The notes under the pieces were generated by a model. The model made no database searches. It was not told the origin of the DNA and saw only the letters and a program-made list of their open reading frames with translations. From Kiritimatiellia bacterium (GTDB lineage Bacteria; Verrucomicrobiota; Kiritimatiellia; CAIQIC01; Lenti-01): a DNA stretch of 47,331 nt. The translations under genes and the position numbers were made by a program. How positions within the stretch are numbered: the first letter of the stretch is position 1; each line of letters opens with the position of its first letter. Location: NCBI GenBank assembly GCA_034005635.1, contig JAVEUJ010000001.1, positions 1-47,331 of the forward strand, written 5' to 3'. Positions 18,541-28,967 of the stretch are shown one piece after another.

Positions 18541-19302
18541 ATGTTACGCATTCAATCACTATTTGCTCGCATCAAGGAAGGCCCAGCCATTCTCCACGGC
18601 ATCGACTTGGAGGTGAACCCAGGAGAAATCCACGCCATCATGGGCCCCAACGGCTCGGGAAAAAGCACGCTGGCCCGCATTTTGGCAGGGCATCCCGATT
18701 ATGAAGTCACCAGCGGCGACATCCAGTTCAAAGTCGGCGGTGATTGGCGCAGTCTGCTCGAACTGGAGCCTCACGAACGAGCCTGGGCCGGTTTGTTCTT
18801 GGCGTTCCAGTATCCTGTTGATGTGCCCGGCGTGAGCAACTCCGCCTTCCTGCATGCGTCTTACAACGCGATCCGCCGTTCTCGAAAAGAGCCGGAAATG
18901 GATGCCGTTGAGTTCCGAGACTTGTTGGTTGAGAAGATTGCCCTGATCAGCATGGATCCGGCCTATCTGGAACGCGCAGTCAACTTGGACTTCTCGGGCG
19001 GTGAGAAGAAACGCAACGAAATTTTGCAGATGGCAGTGCTTGCGCCGCAACTAGCCGTGCTGGATGAAACCGACTCGGGCCTCGACGTCGATTCGCTGCG
19101 GATCGTGGCCGAGGCGGTCAAACAACTGCATACGACACACAACTCGGTGCTGCTGATCACCCATTACCAACGCATGCTTGATTACATCACGCCGGATCAC
19201 GTGCACATTATGATGGACGGACGCCTGGTGCGTTCCGGAGATGCCGATCTGGCCCGAGCTGTCGAAGACCGGGGATACGACTGGCTGAAGGTACCCGCAT
19301 GA
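18541..19302 (+). CDS. sufC: Fe-S cluster assembly ATPase SufC
   Basis: Start at MLRIQSLF (ATG 18541). Walker A GPNGSGKST, ABC signature FSGGEKKRNE, Walker B LAVLDETDSGLD. Confidence 0.9.
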   Translation: MLRIQSLFARIKEGPAILHGIDLEVNPGEIHAIMGPNGSGKSTLARILAGHPDYEVTSGDIQFKVGGDWRSLLELEPHERAWAGLFLAFQYPVDVPGVSNSAFLHASYNAIRRSRKEPEMDAVEFRDLLVEKIALISMDPAYLERAVNLDFSGGEKKRNEILQMAVLAPQLAVLDETDSGLDVDSLRIVAEAVKQLHTTHNSVLLITHYQRMLDYITPDHVHIMMDGRLVRSGDADLARAVEDRGYDWLKVPA

Positions 19303-20585
19303 AAACTCGCTTTGTACCACTTGGCGAGTCTTACAAGGCGCTCTTTGCGGCGTGTAGTGCCGGGACCCAACCGGACTGGCTTGCTGTCCGTCGGAAAGGG
19401 GCTATTGACCGTTTGCGCCGAGACGGCTTGCCGACGCGCCAAGTTGAAGTGTGGAAGTATACCGATATCTCCCCACTGGCTGAACGCGCCCTTGTACTGC
19501 CGGCGAGAATCAACTCACGGAGTGCGCTGCCACCGAATTTGCCCTTTTGGCATGAGGACGACCTGAATATCGTTTTCGTGGATGGTCAGTTCTCACCAGA
19601 GCAGTCCAGCGCTGTGCAATCTGACGAAATTCAGGTGGTGCGGCTGAACGATTTGGCCACGAATCCAGAGACGGCGCCATCTGATATGCTGGCTTCCGCC
19701 TTGATGAATGCAGCTTTCCGCCGTGATGGCGTGTTGGTGCGTATTCCAGCCCACTGCCAGCTCGAACGCCGCATCCATTTTGTGCTGCTTCATGCCAGCA
19801 AGACACCCGATGCCATCCTCGCACCGTGGCTCGCAGTCGTAGCAGAAGAATCCGCTGAGGCCCGCATTGCGATCACGGCGCTATCGATCTCCGAATCACC
19901 CTGCCTGCATGTACCGCGAGTATTTGTGTCCGCAGCGGCAGGCGCCCAACTTGCTGTTAGCCAGTCACAGTTGATGAATGACCAATCCTGGCAATTGGGA
20001 ACCACGCGGATCGAACAGCACCGCGACAGCCGCGTGACCCATCTCGAAGCCGCAGTCGGTGCGGCGCTCGCTCGGCACGACTTGGCGGCGGTACTGCTGG
20101 AGTCCGGGGCTGAAGTTGAGCTGAACGGTTTGTATGTTCAACGCAACCACCGGCATGTCGATTTTCACACCTGGATTGAGCACCGCCAGCCAAACTGCCG
20201 TAGCCGTCAGGTCTACAAGGGGATTGTAGACGACCATGCCGCAGCGGTCTTCAATGGGGCTGTGCGGGTGCATCCGGGTGCTTCCGGGACGGATGGCTAT
20301 CAATTGAACCGGACGCTGCTCATGAGTCGGGACGCACAGGTGTTCAGCAAGCCAGAACTGCTGATCGACAATGATGATGTGAAGTGCTCGCATGGCGCCA
20401 CCATCGGCCAAATCAGCGCACAAGAGTTATTCTATCTCCAGAGCCGCGGCATTCCCGAAGCGCAGGCGCGCCACATGCTGTCACGGGCCTTCGTGGAGGA
20501 TGTCCTGTTCCGGCAAAAAGATGCACGGCAGCGCGCGGACCTCGATATCCTGCTGGACCACTATTTTCCTACTGGCCATGACTAA
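19299..20585 (+). CDS. sufD: Fe-S cluster assembly protein SufD
   Basis: 428 aa, between sufC and sufS. The C-terminal region is paralogous to SufB ([27 protein letters not shown]). Overlaps sufC by 4 nt. Confidence 0.85.
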   Translation: MKTRFVPLGESYKALFAACSAGTQPDWLAVRRKGAIDRLRRDGLPTRQVEVWKYTDISPLAERALVLPARINSRSALPPNLPFWHEDDLNIVFVDGQFSPEQSSAVQSDEIQVVRLNDLATNPETAPSDMLASALMNAAFRRDGVLVRIPAHCQLERRIHFVLLHASKTPDAILAPWLAVVAEESAEARIAITALSISESPCLHVPRVFVSAAAGAQLAVSQSQLMNDQSWQLGTTRIEQHRDSRVTHLEAAVGAALARHDLAAVLLESGAEVELNGLYVQRNHRHVDFHTWIEHRQPNCRSRQVYKGIVDDHAAAVFNGAVRVHPGASGTDGYQLNRTLLMSRDAQVFSKPELLIDNDDVKCSHGATIGQISAQELFYLQSRGIPEAQARHMLSRAFVEDVLFRQKDARQRADLDILLDHYFPTGHD

Positions 20586-21816
20586 AAATCCGACCATCGA
20601 TGTCCACTTGTCGGCAGCCATCCGCGAGCAATTCGTCTGCCTGCGGGAGGGAGGCCGCCAACCGCCTCTCGTCTATCTGGACAGCGCCTCCACGGCGCTG
20701 AAACCCGAGGGCGTGATTGCCGCGTTGACGGGCTACTACCGCGATATGCCGGCCAACATCCACCGCGGACTCTACCCCATGAGTGAGGCCGCTACAGCAG
20801 CGTTCGAGGCCGCGCGGGTGAGCGTACAAAAATTTATCAATGCCCGCGAGTCCCGCGAAATCATTTTCACCAGCGGCGCAACGGATGCCATCAATCTCGT
20901 GGCGCGCGGGTTTGGCGATGGGCTTCGTGCCGGCGATGAAGTCCTGATCACCGGGCTAGAGCACCATGCCAATATCGTGCCGTGGCAGTTGCTGCGCGAG
21001 CGGCGCGGCATCGTGCTCCGCGTGGTGCCGATGAATGCCCAGGGCGACGTGCCACTTGATACCTTCCGTGCGGCACTGAATGGGCGAACCCGACTGGTCG
21101 CCTTTACCGCCGTTTCAAATGCTTTGGGTACAGAGCTGCCCGTGACAGAAATGGTCAAATTGGCACATGCCGCCGGTGCGATCACCCTGATCGATGCCGC
21201 GCAAGCGGTGGCGTGCCGCCAGGTGGACGTGCAAGCATGGAACTGCGACTTCTTGGCATTTTCCGGCCACAAGCTGTTTGGTCCGACGGGGATCGGGGTG
21301 CTGTACGGACGCGAAGCTCTGTTGCAGGCCATGCCCCCCGTCAAGGGCGGCGGCGACATGATCCGTTCGGTGACCTTCACGCACACGACCTATAATGAAT
21401 TGCCGCATAAATTCGAGGCCGGCACGCCGCCAATTGCTCAGGCCATCGGACTGGGTGCCGCGATCGATTGGGTTACGACTCTGGGCTTTGACCGGATCGA
21501 AGCGCATGAGAAACTCTTGGTGGAAACCACGCTGAAGCGTCTGGAGGATTTGCCCGGGGTGCACATCATCGGCCGACCCCGAAAGCGGCGCAGCATCATC
21601 TCTTTTACGCTCGATGGTATCCATCCGCATGATGCCGGAACCATCCTGGGTGAAGGTGGCGTGGCGATTCGGGCGGGCCATCACTGCGCCCAGCCCGCCA
21701 TGGAGCACTTCGGTATTCCGGCCACGATCCGAGCCTCGTTCTCTATCTACAATACGCTTGCGGACGTGGAGGCGCTGATAGCCGGTCTGCGCCGTGTGCA
21801 GGAGATCATGCTGTGA
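20578..21816 (+). CDS. sufS: Cysteine desulfurase SufS
   Basis: Start at MTKNPTIDV (ATG 20578, overlapping the sufD stop). PLP-lysine context FSGHKLFGPTGIGVLYG and catalytic Cys loop RAGHHCAQP. Confidence 0.9.
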   Translation: MTKNPTIDVHLSAAIREQFVCLREGGRQPPLVYLDSASTALKPEGVIAALTGYYRDMPANIHRGLYPMSEAATAAFEAARVSVQKFINARESREIIFTSGATDAINLVARGFGDGLRAGDEVLITGLEHHANIVPWQLLRERRGIVLRVVPMNAQGDVPLDTFRAALNGRTRLVAFTAVSNALGTELPVTEMVKLAHAAGAITLIDAAQAVACRQVDVQAWNCDFLAFSGHKLFGPTGIGVLYGREALLQAMPPVKGGGDMIRSVTFTHTTYNELPHKFEAGTPPIAQAIGLGAAIDWVTTLGFDRIEAHEKLLVETTLKRLEDLPGVHIIGRPRKRRSIISFTLDGIHPHDAGTILGEGGVAIRAGHHCAQPAMEHFGIPATIRASFSIYNTLADVEALIAGLRRVQEIML

Positions 21817-22289
21817 GCGTGACCGACGAAATCTATCAAGAACTGATCCTGCACCATAGCCGTCGGCCACGTCATTATGGTCCTCTGCCGGACGCCACGC
21901 ATGCTGCCGCCGGCGACAATCCGCTCTGCGGTGATCGCTACGAAGTCCGGCTCCGGGTGGACGAGGCGGGCATCATCCGGGATGCCGCTTTCGAGGGCAG
22001 CGGCTGCGCCATTTCCAAGGCAGCGGCCTCCTTGATGCTCGATGCGGTGATCGGGTTGTCACGGGACGAATTCGAGAATCAATTCCGTCTATTCCATGCC
22101 CTGGTGAGCGGCGAGGCTCCGTCACCGGAGGCCGCAAAAAAGCTGGGCAAGCTGGCCGCCTTTTCCGGGATCTGGAAATATCCTTCGCGTGTCAAATGCG
22201 CCATCCTATGTTGGCACGCTGTGCATAGCGCCCTGATTGGCCAAAATCGTGCCAGCACCGAAGGATCGTCGTCTCCTGCTACAGTCTAA
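21813..22289 (+). CDS. sufU: SufU/IscU-like sulfur-transfer scaffold protein
   Basis: GTG start overlapping the sufS stop. Three conserved Cys contexts: NPLCGD, GSGCAISKAAASLM, RVKCAILCW. Confidence 0.8.
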   Translation: MSVTDEIYQELILHHSRRPRHYGPLPDATHAAAGDNPLCGDRYEVRLRVDEAGIIRDAAFEGSGCAISKAAASLMLDAVIGLSRDEFENQFRLFHALVSGEAPSPEAAKKLGKLAAFSGIWKYPSRVKCAILCWHAVHSALIGQNRASTEGSSSPATV

Positions 22290-22314
22290 GCCGTGGATTT
22301 CATCAACAGGAAAG

Positions 22315-22338
22315 TATCGGTGTTTATAAACACCGATA
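22315..22338. terminator. Perfect 24-bp palindrome, likely bidirectional terminator between sufU and parC
   Basis: TATCGGTGTTTA|TAAACACCGATA read directly. It sits in the convergent spacer between the two stop codons. Confidence 0.5.
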
Positions 22339-22409
22339 AGTGGGTATCGAACAAACCGCATGGCCGCCCACACCGGAGTTGCAGAGCGCAAGCCTCTGGC
22401 TCTTACAGA

Positions 22410-24515
22410 CTATTGCAGCAGGGCCCCTTTGGGACCAGCCTTGGTATCCCAGTTGCGGGGTTTCTGGGTGGCAATGGATGAGACGCGCTTGGTGGTCATT
22501 TGGATGCCGCGGGTCTTGGGGGTGCGGATGGCAACCTTTTGGGTCTCAAATTCCTGCTGATGGATCTGCTGGCCTTTGCGGGGGCTATACTTGACATAGA
22601 GCGTGGCGGGCTGGTCGGCAGAAAAGAAGAGAGCCTTGGGCTTCTCGGCTTCAGGAGCACAGAAGTAGTCCTTGTTCTGAATGATACCGCCAAAAGTGAA
22701 GCGTTTGAGGTGGGTGATCCGACCGGCTTCGTAAACCAGAGTCATCACGCGGTCGCGGTCGTAGATGGCGGCATAGAGGAGGTTCTTATCGACGAAGAGT
22801 TTTTCGGGCGGCGGAATGACGCGGTAGCTGCAGTCGTCCCAGACCAGGATGAGCTTGTCGTAGGAGGAGCAGCGGAAGGCGGGTTCGCCGTCCACGTCGC
22901 CATAACCGAGGTAGCCGCGTTCGCGATCCAAGATGATGGGCAATTCCTTGGCGGTGAGTTCGCGCATTTCGATGGTGTCGAACTTGGCTTCCCGGGTGCG
23001 GCGGGGATAGAGGTCCGCATAGTCGCGGTAGAGATTCTTGAGATACTTGATCGTATAGGCGGTGACATCGGTGAGGTTATTCTCGACGGCAGCAAAGTCG
23101 GCGAGAAGATCGTCTTCCTCTTTACGCGACTTATTGATGTCGTAGAGGGAAATCCGGCGAATAGGAATACTGAGGAGCATGTCGAGATCGGCCTGGCTGA
23201 TGTCACGGCGGAGCTGATCGCGGAAAGGCGCGAGCCCGTCGAGAATGGCCTGTTTGACTTCGATGGCGGTCTTGCATTCTTCGATGCGCTTATAAATGCG
23301 ATGAATGATGAAGAGCCGGACCAGCGAGGCGGAGTGGAGGGCTTCATCAATTTTCTTGCGCTCGATCTCGAGTTCCTTGCGCAGGAGATACAAGAGCCGC
23401 TGGGTATTGTGGCGCAGCATGTCGTGCACCGACATTTCAACCGGGCGCTGATCGCGAATGACGACGGGGCGCAGGCTGGCGGAAGTTTCGCACAGAGTGA
23501 AGGCATAGAGCGCCTGAATGGCCTGGGAGATATCAGCGTCATTGGGCAGTGCAATTTCGATTTCGACCTTGCCCGCGGTGTAGTCATGAATGGCTTTGGT
23601 CTTGATCTTGCCTTTTTTGACGGCGTCTTCGATGGAGCTGATGAGGCTTTCGGTGGTGACGCCATAGGGCAGTTCGCGAACCACCAGGGTGGCTTCATCT
23701 TTCTGGTCAATGACCGCGCGCAGGCGCACTTTGCCACGGCCTTCATCGTATTCGCGCGCATCAATCAACCCGCCCTGAAGGAAGTCGGGGAGCAAGTGGA
23801 AGGGCTTTTTCTGAAGAATGGCAATTTGTGCCAGAAGGAGTTCGCCGAAGTTGTGCGGCAGGATACGGGTGGAGAGACCAACTGCAATTCCTTCTGCACC
23901 CAGCATGAGCAGGAGCGGCAGTTTAGCGGGCAGGACGACGGGTTCTTTTCGGCGTCCGTCATAGGTGGGAATAAAGTCGGTGAGGTCGTCGTTGAAAAGC
24001 TGAGTGGCGGCGAGGTCGGTCAGGCGGCATTCGATATAGCGCGGGGCGGCAGCGGGATCGCCGGTGTGGAGATTGCCAAAGTTGCCCTGGCCTTCAATGA
24101 GATAGCCGCGGTTGACGATCGCGACCAGGGCATCGCCGATGGAGGCGTCGCCGTGAGGGTGAAACTGCATGGTATAGCCAACGATGTTGGCGACCTTGAT
24201 CAGGCGCCCATCATCATTTTGGTTCAGCGAATACAGGATGCGGCGCTGGACGGGTTTGAGTCCGTCTTCAATCTCAGGGATGGCGCGGTCACGGATGACA
24301 TAGGAGGCGTATTGCAGAAAATTGTCGTCCATCAACCGGTGCAAAGGACCCTCGCCCAGTCCCTTGTCATCGGCAGAAGGCGGGGGCGGGGGCGGGGGGG
24401 TAGCGGGCTTGGAGACGGCCTGGGCTGTTGATACTTTAGGCTTAGCCTTGCGCTTACGGCCAGAACGAGGCGCGCCTTCGGAATCGTCGAATAGAGATGG
24501 TTGAAAGTCGGTCAT
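22410..24515 (-). CDS. parC: Type IIA topoisomerase A subunit (topoisomerase IV ParC-like)
   Basis: Start at MTDFQPSLF (ATG 24515). KPVQRRILYSL, FHPHGDASIGDAL and the catalytic-Tyr context AAPRYIECRL are present. Short C-terminal domain with no GyrA box seen. No B subunit adjacent. Confidence 0.8.
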   Translation of the reverse strand: MTDFQPSLFDDSEGAPRSGRKRKAKPKVSTAQAVSKPATPPPPPPPSADDKGLGEGPLHRLMDDNFLQYASYVIRDRAIPEIEDGLKPVQRRILYSLNQNDDGRLIKVANIVGYTMQFHPHGDASIGDALVAIVNRGYLIEGQGNFGNLHTGDPAAAPRYIECRLTDLAATQLFNDDLTDFIPTYDGRRKEPVVLPAKLPLLLMLGAEGIAVGLSTRILPHNFGELLLAQIAILQKKPFHLLPDFLQGGLIDAREYDEGRGKVRLRAVIDQKDEATLVVRELPYGVTTESLISSIEDAVKKGKIKTKAIHDYTAGKVEIEIALPNDADISQAIQALYAFTLCETSASLRPVVIRDQRPVEMSVHDMLRHNTQRLLYLLRKELEIERKKIDEALHSASLVRLFIIHRIYKRIEECKTAIEVKQAILDGLAPFRDQLRRDISQADLDMLLSIPIRRISLYDINKSRKEEDDLLADFAAVENNLTDVTAYTIKYLKNLYRDYADLYPRRTREAKFDTIEMRELTAKELPIILDRERGYLGYGDVDGEPAFRCSSYDKLILVWDDCSYRVIPPPEKLFVDKNLLYAAIYDRDRVMTLVYEAGRITHLKRFTFGGIIQNKDYFCAPEAEKPKALFFSADQPATLYVKYSPRKGQQIHQQEFETQKVAIRTPKTRGIQMTTKRVSSIATQKPRNWDTKAGPKGALLQ

Positions 24516-24697
24516 GGTGGTGAACAGGGGGGGATTATACCGAGGCGGAGGTCTGCTGACAAGCCACGCCATAAATTACGATGTTTTGCTCCACCGCGCT
24601 CCACCGCGACGCTCGGCGGCAAGGGCCGGTTGACCCCCGCCTAACCCGCCCATGCCTCCCTTAGAGGGCGACTGGGCGGAAAGGAGAGGGCAGAGCG

Positions 24698-26371
24698 CTA
24701 TTGCAGCACGGCGCCGATGTCGGCCGGGCCCACCAACCGCTGGTAGCGGGACAGCCAGCCGGTAGTGACTTTCGATTTGAAGGGCTTGAGTTTGGCCGCG
24801 CGCACTTTGAGCTCTTTCTCCGATACCAGCAGGTTGATCGTGTAGGCGGGGATATCCACCTCAATTTTGTCGCCTGTCTTGACGAGAGCAATGGGGCCAC
24901 CGTCGGCCGCTTCGGGAGAAACATGACCGATGGCCGCACCTCGTGTGGCGCCGCTAAAGCGGCCGTCGGTGATGAGCGCGACTTCCTTGTCGAGCCCCAT
25001 GCCGGCCAAAGCCGAGGTGGGCGCGAGCATTTCGCGCATGCCTGGTCCGCCCTTAGGGCCTTCATAACGGATGACAACAATATCGCCCTTTTTAATCTTG
25101 CGGCCATAGATAGCGGCAATGGCGGCTTCTTCACTATCAAACACGCGGGCAGTACCCGTTGTGACTAGCATTTCCGGAGCAACGGCCGAGCGTTTGACGA
25201 CGGCACCGCGCGGGGCAATGTTGCCGAAAAGAACCGCGAGACCACCGGTCGGACTGAAGGGATCCTTGAGCGGGCGCAATACCTTGGGATTGCGATTGGC
25301 CGCGCTGGAAATATTCTGGGCAACGGTTTTGCCGGTCACGGTCGGCAGGCGGGTATCCAGCAGGTTGCCTTTAGCGAGTTCTTTCATCACGGCTGGAACG
25401 CCGCCGGCCAGATGCAGGTCCTGGATTAAGTCGGGCCCCGCAGGGCTCAAGTGACACAAGTTGGGGGTGGTGGAGCTAATCTCGTTGATAGGTTTGAGGG
25501 GCAGGGGAACGCCCGCTTCATGGGCGATGGCACACAGATGTAACACGCTGTTCGTGGAGCAGCCCAAGGCCATATCAACACGCAGGGCATTGGTGAATGC
25601 CGCGGGCGTTAGGATATCACGTGGACGCAGGTTCTTTTTCAGCACGTTCATAATTTGCATGCCCGCCTCCTTGGCGAGGCGATAGCGCGCCGCGGCGATG
25701 GCGGGAATAGTCCCGTTGCCGGGCAGGGCCATACCGATGGCTTCGCACAGGCAGTTCATGGAATTGGCGGTGAACATTCCCGAACACGACCCGCAACCCG
25801 GGCAGGCGGTTTCTTCGTAGTCCATCAGTTCTCGTTCACTGATGGTGCCTGCCTTGCAAGCCCCGACGGCTTCGAAGACATTAGACAAACTGAGATGCCG
25901 TCCATCGAAATCGCCGCCCAGCATGGGGCCGCCACTGATGACAATGGAGGGAATATTAATGCGCGCGGCCGCCATCAGCATGCCGGGAATTATTTTATCG
26001 CAATTGGGAATCAGCACCAGGGCATCAAAGCAGTGGGCCATCGCCAAGGTTTCGACGGAGTCAGCAATCAATTCGCGGGAGGGCAGGGAGTAGCGCATGC
26101 CGGGATGCCCCATGGCGATGCCATCGCAAACCCCGATGGCTGGCACCAGAATGGGGGTGCCACCGGCCATGCGCACGCCGGCCTTGGCCGCATCGGCAAT
26201 CTTGTCGAGGTGAATGTGTCCGGGAATAATTTCATTAAAAGCGGAAACCACCCCAATGAGTGGGCGCTTCATTTCTTCGGCGGACATGCCCAGCGCGTAG
26301 AGGAGGGAGCGGTGCGGGGCGCGTTCAGGGCCTTTCAGCACCATATCGCTGATACGTTGTTTGGTCGCCAT
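24698..26371 (-). CDS. ilvD: Dihydroxy-acid dehydratase
   Basis: 557 aa. Typical IlvD strings: [26 protein letters not shown]-like ([12 protein letters not shown]). Confidence 0.92.
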   Translation of the reverse strand: MATKQRISDMVLKGPERAPHRSLLYALGMSAEEMKRPLIGVVSAFNEIIPGHIHLDKIADAAKAGVRMAGGTPILVPAIGVCDGIAMGHPGMRYSLPSRELIADSVETLAMAHCFDALVLIPNCDKIIPGMLMAAARINIPSIVISGGPMLGGDFDGRHLSLSNVFEAVGACKAGTISERELMDYEETACPGCGSCSGMFTANSMNCLCEAIGMALPGNGTIPAIAAARYRLAKEAGMQIMNVLKKNLRPRDILTPAAFTNALRVDMALGCSTNSVLHLCAIAHEAGVPLPLKPINEISSTTPNLCHLSPAGPDLIQDLHLAGGVPAVMKELAKGNLLDTRLPTVTGKTVAQNISSAANRNPKVLRPLKDPFSPTGGLAVLFGNIAPRGAVVKRSAVAPEMLVTTGTARVFDSEEAAIAAIYGRKIKKGDIVVIRYEGPKGGPGMREMLAPTSALAGMGLDKEVALITDGRFSGATRGAAIGHVSPEAADGGPIALVKTGDKIEVDIPAYTINLLVSEKELKVRAAKLKPFKSKVTTGWLSRYQRLVGPADIGAVLQ

Positions 26372-26481
26372 GGTCGATCTCCTTGAATGATTGGTTCCCG
26401 CGCGGACCGCGGTTTAATTTGAGACACTCCGTCAAAACTCACAGGGATTCAAGTGGAAATAGAAATTAACTGCGGTGCGGG

Positions 26482-27639
26482 TCAATACAGCAACTGATCA
26501 GCCCATTGGCGGCCGCGGCTCGAAAAATCCCACGTGCCTTGAACTGAAGTAAAATAGCCGCGCCCATTGCGTCCAATGGTTTCGGGATAGGCTCGGGCCA
26601 CGGCATAACGCCGATTACCCAGAAGTTTGATCTCTGCGGGCGTGGCATTGCGTCCCACCAGGGGGATGCCGGACTCCGACATGGCGAGCCATAGCGGTCC
26701 TCCATCGTGTGGTGCCCCGGACCAGAGGGCTGGAAAGCGCCGGAAGAAATCAGGGGTGCGCCCCCGCACCACGACTTCAGCCGCGCGTGGAACCGAGGCC
26801 AGATAGGTGGCCATGGTCAGGCCGGGATCGCGGACATGAGCGGCATAAAAGTCCAGCGGATCCAGCCCAAATAAGTTACCGCCATTGTAATTGCCAAAGG
26901 GGTTTTGCATTTTTTGTTCGCGAGCGCGCACGTCGTAGCGGGCATGGAGCATGACCCCGATTTCCCAATGCAGGTGGGCACGCTGTACTGGAATGGGCGG
27001 GCGGGTATTACTGGTGTGGCCCATCGTCCCGAGTATATCGCCAGGATTGACAACCAGTCCCGGGCGCACCCCAAAACGAATATCCGCTAAATGGGCGTAT
27101 AGCGTATAGACCACTGCGGGTTCGGTTGAGCCATCGCGCCGGGATATGAGACCCAGGGAAGGATCCGGATGCTCGATTACAATATATTTGCCGTAGTTGG
27201 AGGCTCCAGAACTGGAATTGACGAAGGCCACTCGCCCAGCGGCAACCGCATAAACGGGGTCTTCGGGTGTTCCACGGCGGTCGCGCTGAACGGCGGCGAT
27301 GTCCACGCCTTCATGGAAGATAGCTCTGCCGCTTCCGTCGCTGCGGATACTGCCATACTTGGCAGAATCCACGCGGCCGGATCCGGTGGGCATCAGTACG
27401 CCGGGTTCATCAGGGTTGAGCAGGTTGGTCTGTGGCGACGGGGCCACCATGGCTTGCCAAACGGGTGGCGGCGCCAAAGATTCAGCTCCCAGGACGGCCA
27501 CTGTCGGCAGGGGGGTGGGAGCTGGATGACAGCCACCTTGCCGCAGGGCCAGCCAGCGGAAAATAAAAAAATCCAGCGCCAACAGGGGAATAATCCAAGC
27601 CAGGTGGCGCAGGGGGGACTTGCGCACTCGATACGGCAT
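26482..27639 (-). CDS. M23-family metallopeptidase (membrane-anchored)
   Basis: N-terminal TM segment. HxxxD (FHEGVDIAA) and HxH (HLHWEIG) zinc motifs of LytM/M23 peptidases. Confidence 0.8.
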   Translation of the reverse strand: MPYRVRKSPLRHLAWIIPLLALDFFIFRWLALRQGGCHPAPTPLPTVAVLGAESLAPPPVWQAMVAPSPQTNLLNPDEPGVLMPTGSGRVDSAKYGSIRSDGSGRAIFHEGVDIAAVQRDRRGTPEDPVYAVAAGRVAFVNSSSGASNYGKYIVIEHPDPSLGLISRRDGSTEPAVVYTLYAHLADIRFGVRPGLVVNPGDILGTMGHTSNTRPPIPVQRAHLHWEIGVMLHARYDVRAREQKMQNPFGNYNGGNLFGLDPLDFYAAHVRDPGLTMATYLASVPRAAEVVVRGRTPDFFRRFPALWSGAPHDGGPLWLAMSESGIPLVGRNATPAEIKLLGNRRYAVARAYPETIGRNGRGYFTSVQGTWDFSSRGRQWADQLLY

Positions 27640-27645
27640 GACCGG

Positions 27646-28212
27646 TCAGACGGCCATGATATCTTTTTCTTTGGCCGCCACCAGGCTGTCGATTTTTTTG
27701 ACATAGGCATCGGTGGTCTTCTGAACGTCGTCGAGAGCGCGGTCGCGGTCGTCCTCGCTGATGGACGATACCTTTTCCAGGGCCTTGATGCCATCGTTGG
27801 CTTCGCGGCGTACGGCACGGATCGCTACCCGGGCTTCTTCGCCCATGCGGTTGGCAACCTTGACCAGATCCTTGCGCCGTTCTTCGCTCAGTTCTGGAAT
27901 GGGCACGCGGATGAGGCGACCATCATTGAGGGGCGTGACCCCAATGTTGGCGGCCAGGATGGCCTTTTCAATCGCGGGCAGGGATGACGGGTCATAGGGT
28001 TTGATGACGATCAGGCGCGGTTCGGGTGTACTGATCAGGGCCATTTGATTGAGGCGCGTCTGGGTGCCATAGCACTCCACATTAATCTGATCCACTAGAT
28101 TGGTGGAGGCCTTGCCGGTGCGCAGTCCGGACAGGCCTTGTTGGAGATGCTCGCCGGTCTTCTCCATTTTTTCTTCGGCTCCCAGCAGGACATCGTCTAA
28201 AGATTCGCTCAT
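27646..28212 (-). CDS. frr: Ribosome recycling factor
   Basis: 188 aa. Classic RRF pattern along its full length (LSGLRTGKAS, IKPYD, IPIPELSEERRKDLVK). Confidence 0.92.
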   Translation of the reverse strand: MSESLDDVLLGAEEKMEKTGEHLQQGLSGLRTGKASTNLVDQINVECYGTQTRLNQMALISTPEPRLIVIKPYDPSSLPAIEKAILAANIGVTPLNDGRLIRVPIPELSEERRKDLVKVANRMGEEARVAIRAVRREANDGIKALEKVSSISEDDRDRALDDVQKTTDAYVKKIDSLVAAKEKDIMAV

Positions 28213-28230
28213 GGTTTTCCTTTCGGTGGT

Positions 28231-28950
28231 TCAGGCCGTGACCAAGGTGCCGGCTTTTTCGCCCCGCACCACGCGGAGCAGTTCTCCGCACTTAAAAAAG
28301 TCAAAAACAAGTATAGGGATTTGGTTGTCCATGCAAAGCGAAAAGGCGGCGGCATCCATGATCTTCAGGCGGCGGGAGAGCGCTTCAGAATAGGTCAGGC
28401 GGTCGAATTTGACCGCGTCGGGATGGAGGACGGGGTCAGCGTCGTAGATACCATCGACCTTGGTGGCCTTGAGTAGGACGTTGGCACCGATCTCTGCTGC
28501 ACGCAGGGCGGCGGCGCTATCCGTGGTGAAGAAGGGGCTGCCGGTGCCGCCGCCCATCAGCACGACCGTGCCGGCTTCGAGCAGCTCTAGGGCACGGCGG
28601 AACGTAAAAAGTTCGCAGAAAGCCGGCATGGCGGTCGCGGATAGCGTGACGGCCGGCACACCCGCGGCCTCCAGTGCCGATTGCAGGGCCAGGCTGTTGA
28701 TCAGCGTGGCAAACATGCCCATGTTGTCGCCATGGGCGCGGCCAAAGCCCCGGTCCTGTCCTTTTAGGCCACGAAAAATATTGCCACCGCCGATCACCAC
28801 GCCGACCTGCACGCCCATCTGGCGCACGTCCTTAATCTGTGTGGCCATCTGCGCCAGGATGTCATCCGACAGGCAGTTGCCAGTTTTGAGATCGCGGAGT
28901 ACTTCGCCGCTGAGTTTGAGGAGGATTCGGTTGTAAGCGGGTTTTGTCAT
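28231..28950 (-). CDS. pyrH: UMP kinase
   Basis: 239 aa with YNRILLKLSGE and GGGNIFRG motifs. Canonical pyrH-frr pair. Confidence 0.92.
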   Translation of the reverse strand: MTKPAYNRILLKLSGEVLRDLKTGNCLSDDILAQMATQIKDVRQMGVQVGVVIGGGNIFRGLKGQDRGFGRAHGDNMGMFATLINSLALQSALEAAGVPAVTLSATAMPAFCELFTFRRALELLEAGTVVLMGGGTGSPFFTTDSAAALRAAEIGANVLLKATKVDGIYDADPVLHPDAVKFDRLTYSEALSRRLKIMDAAAFSLCMDNQIPILVFDFFKCGELLRVVRGEKAGTLVTA

Positions 28951-28967
28951 GGTCAGAACCTTTCGAG

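Noticed and set aside
22500-24431. 643-aa plus-strand ORF, the longest unexplained ORF in the track
   Set aside because: It lies entirely antisense to the well-supported parC-like gene. Its translation is low-complexity and rich in G/D/V/A/L/F/E with no motifs. This is typical of the stop-poor shadow frame opposite a GC3-rich gene.
24589-24608. Tandem 10-mer CTCCACCGCG x2 upstream of parC
   Set aside because: The duplication is too short and simple to interpret and has no associated structure. It is probably slippage noise.
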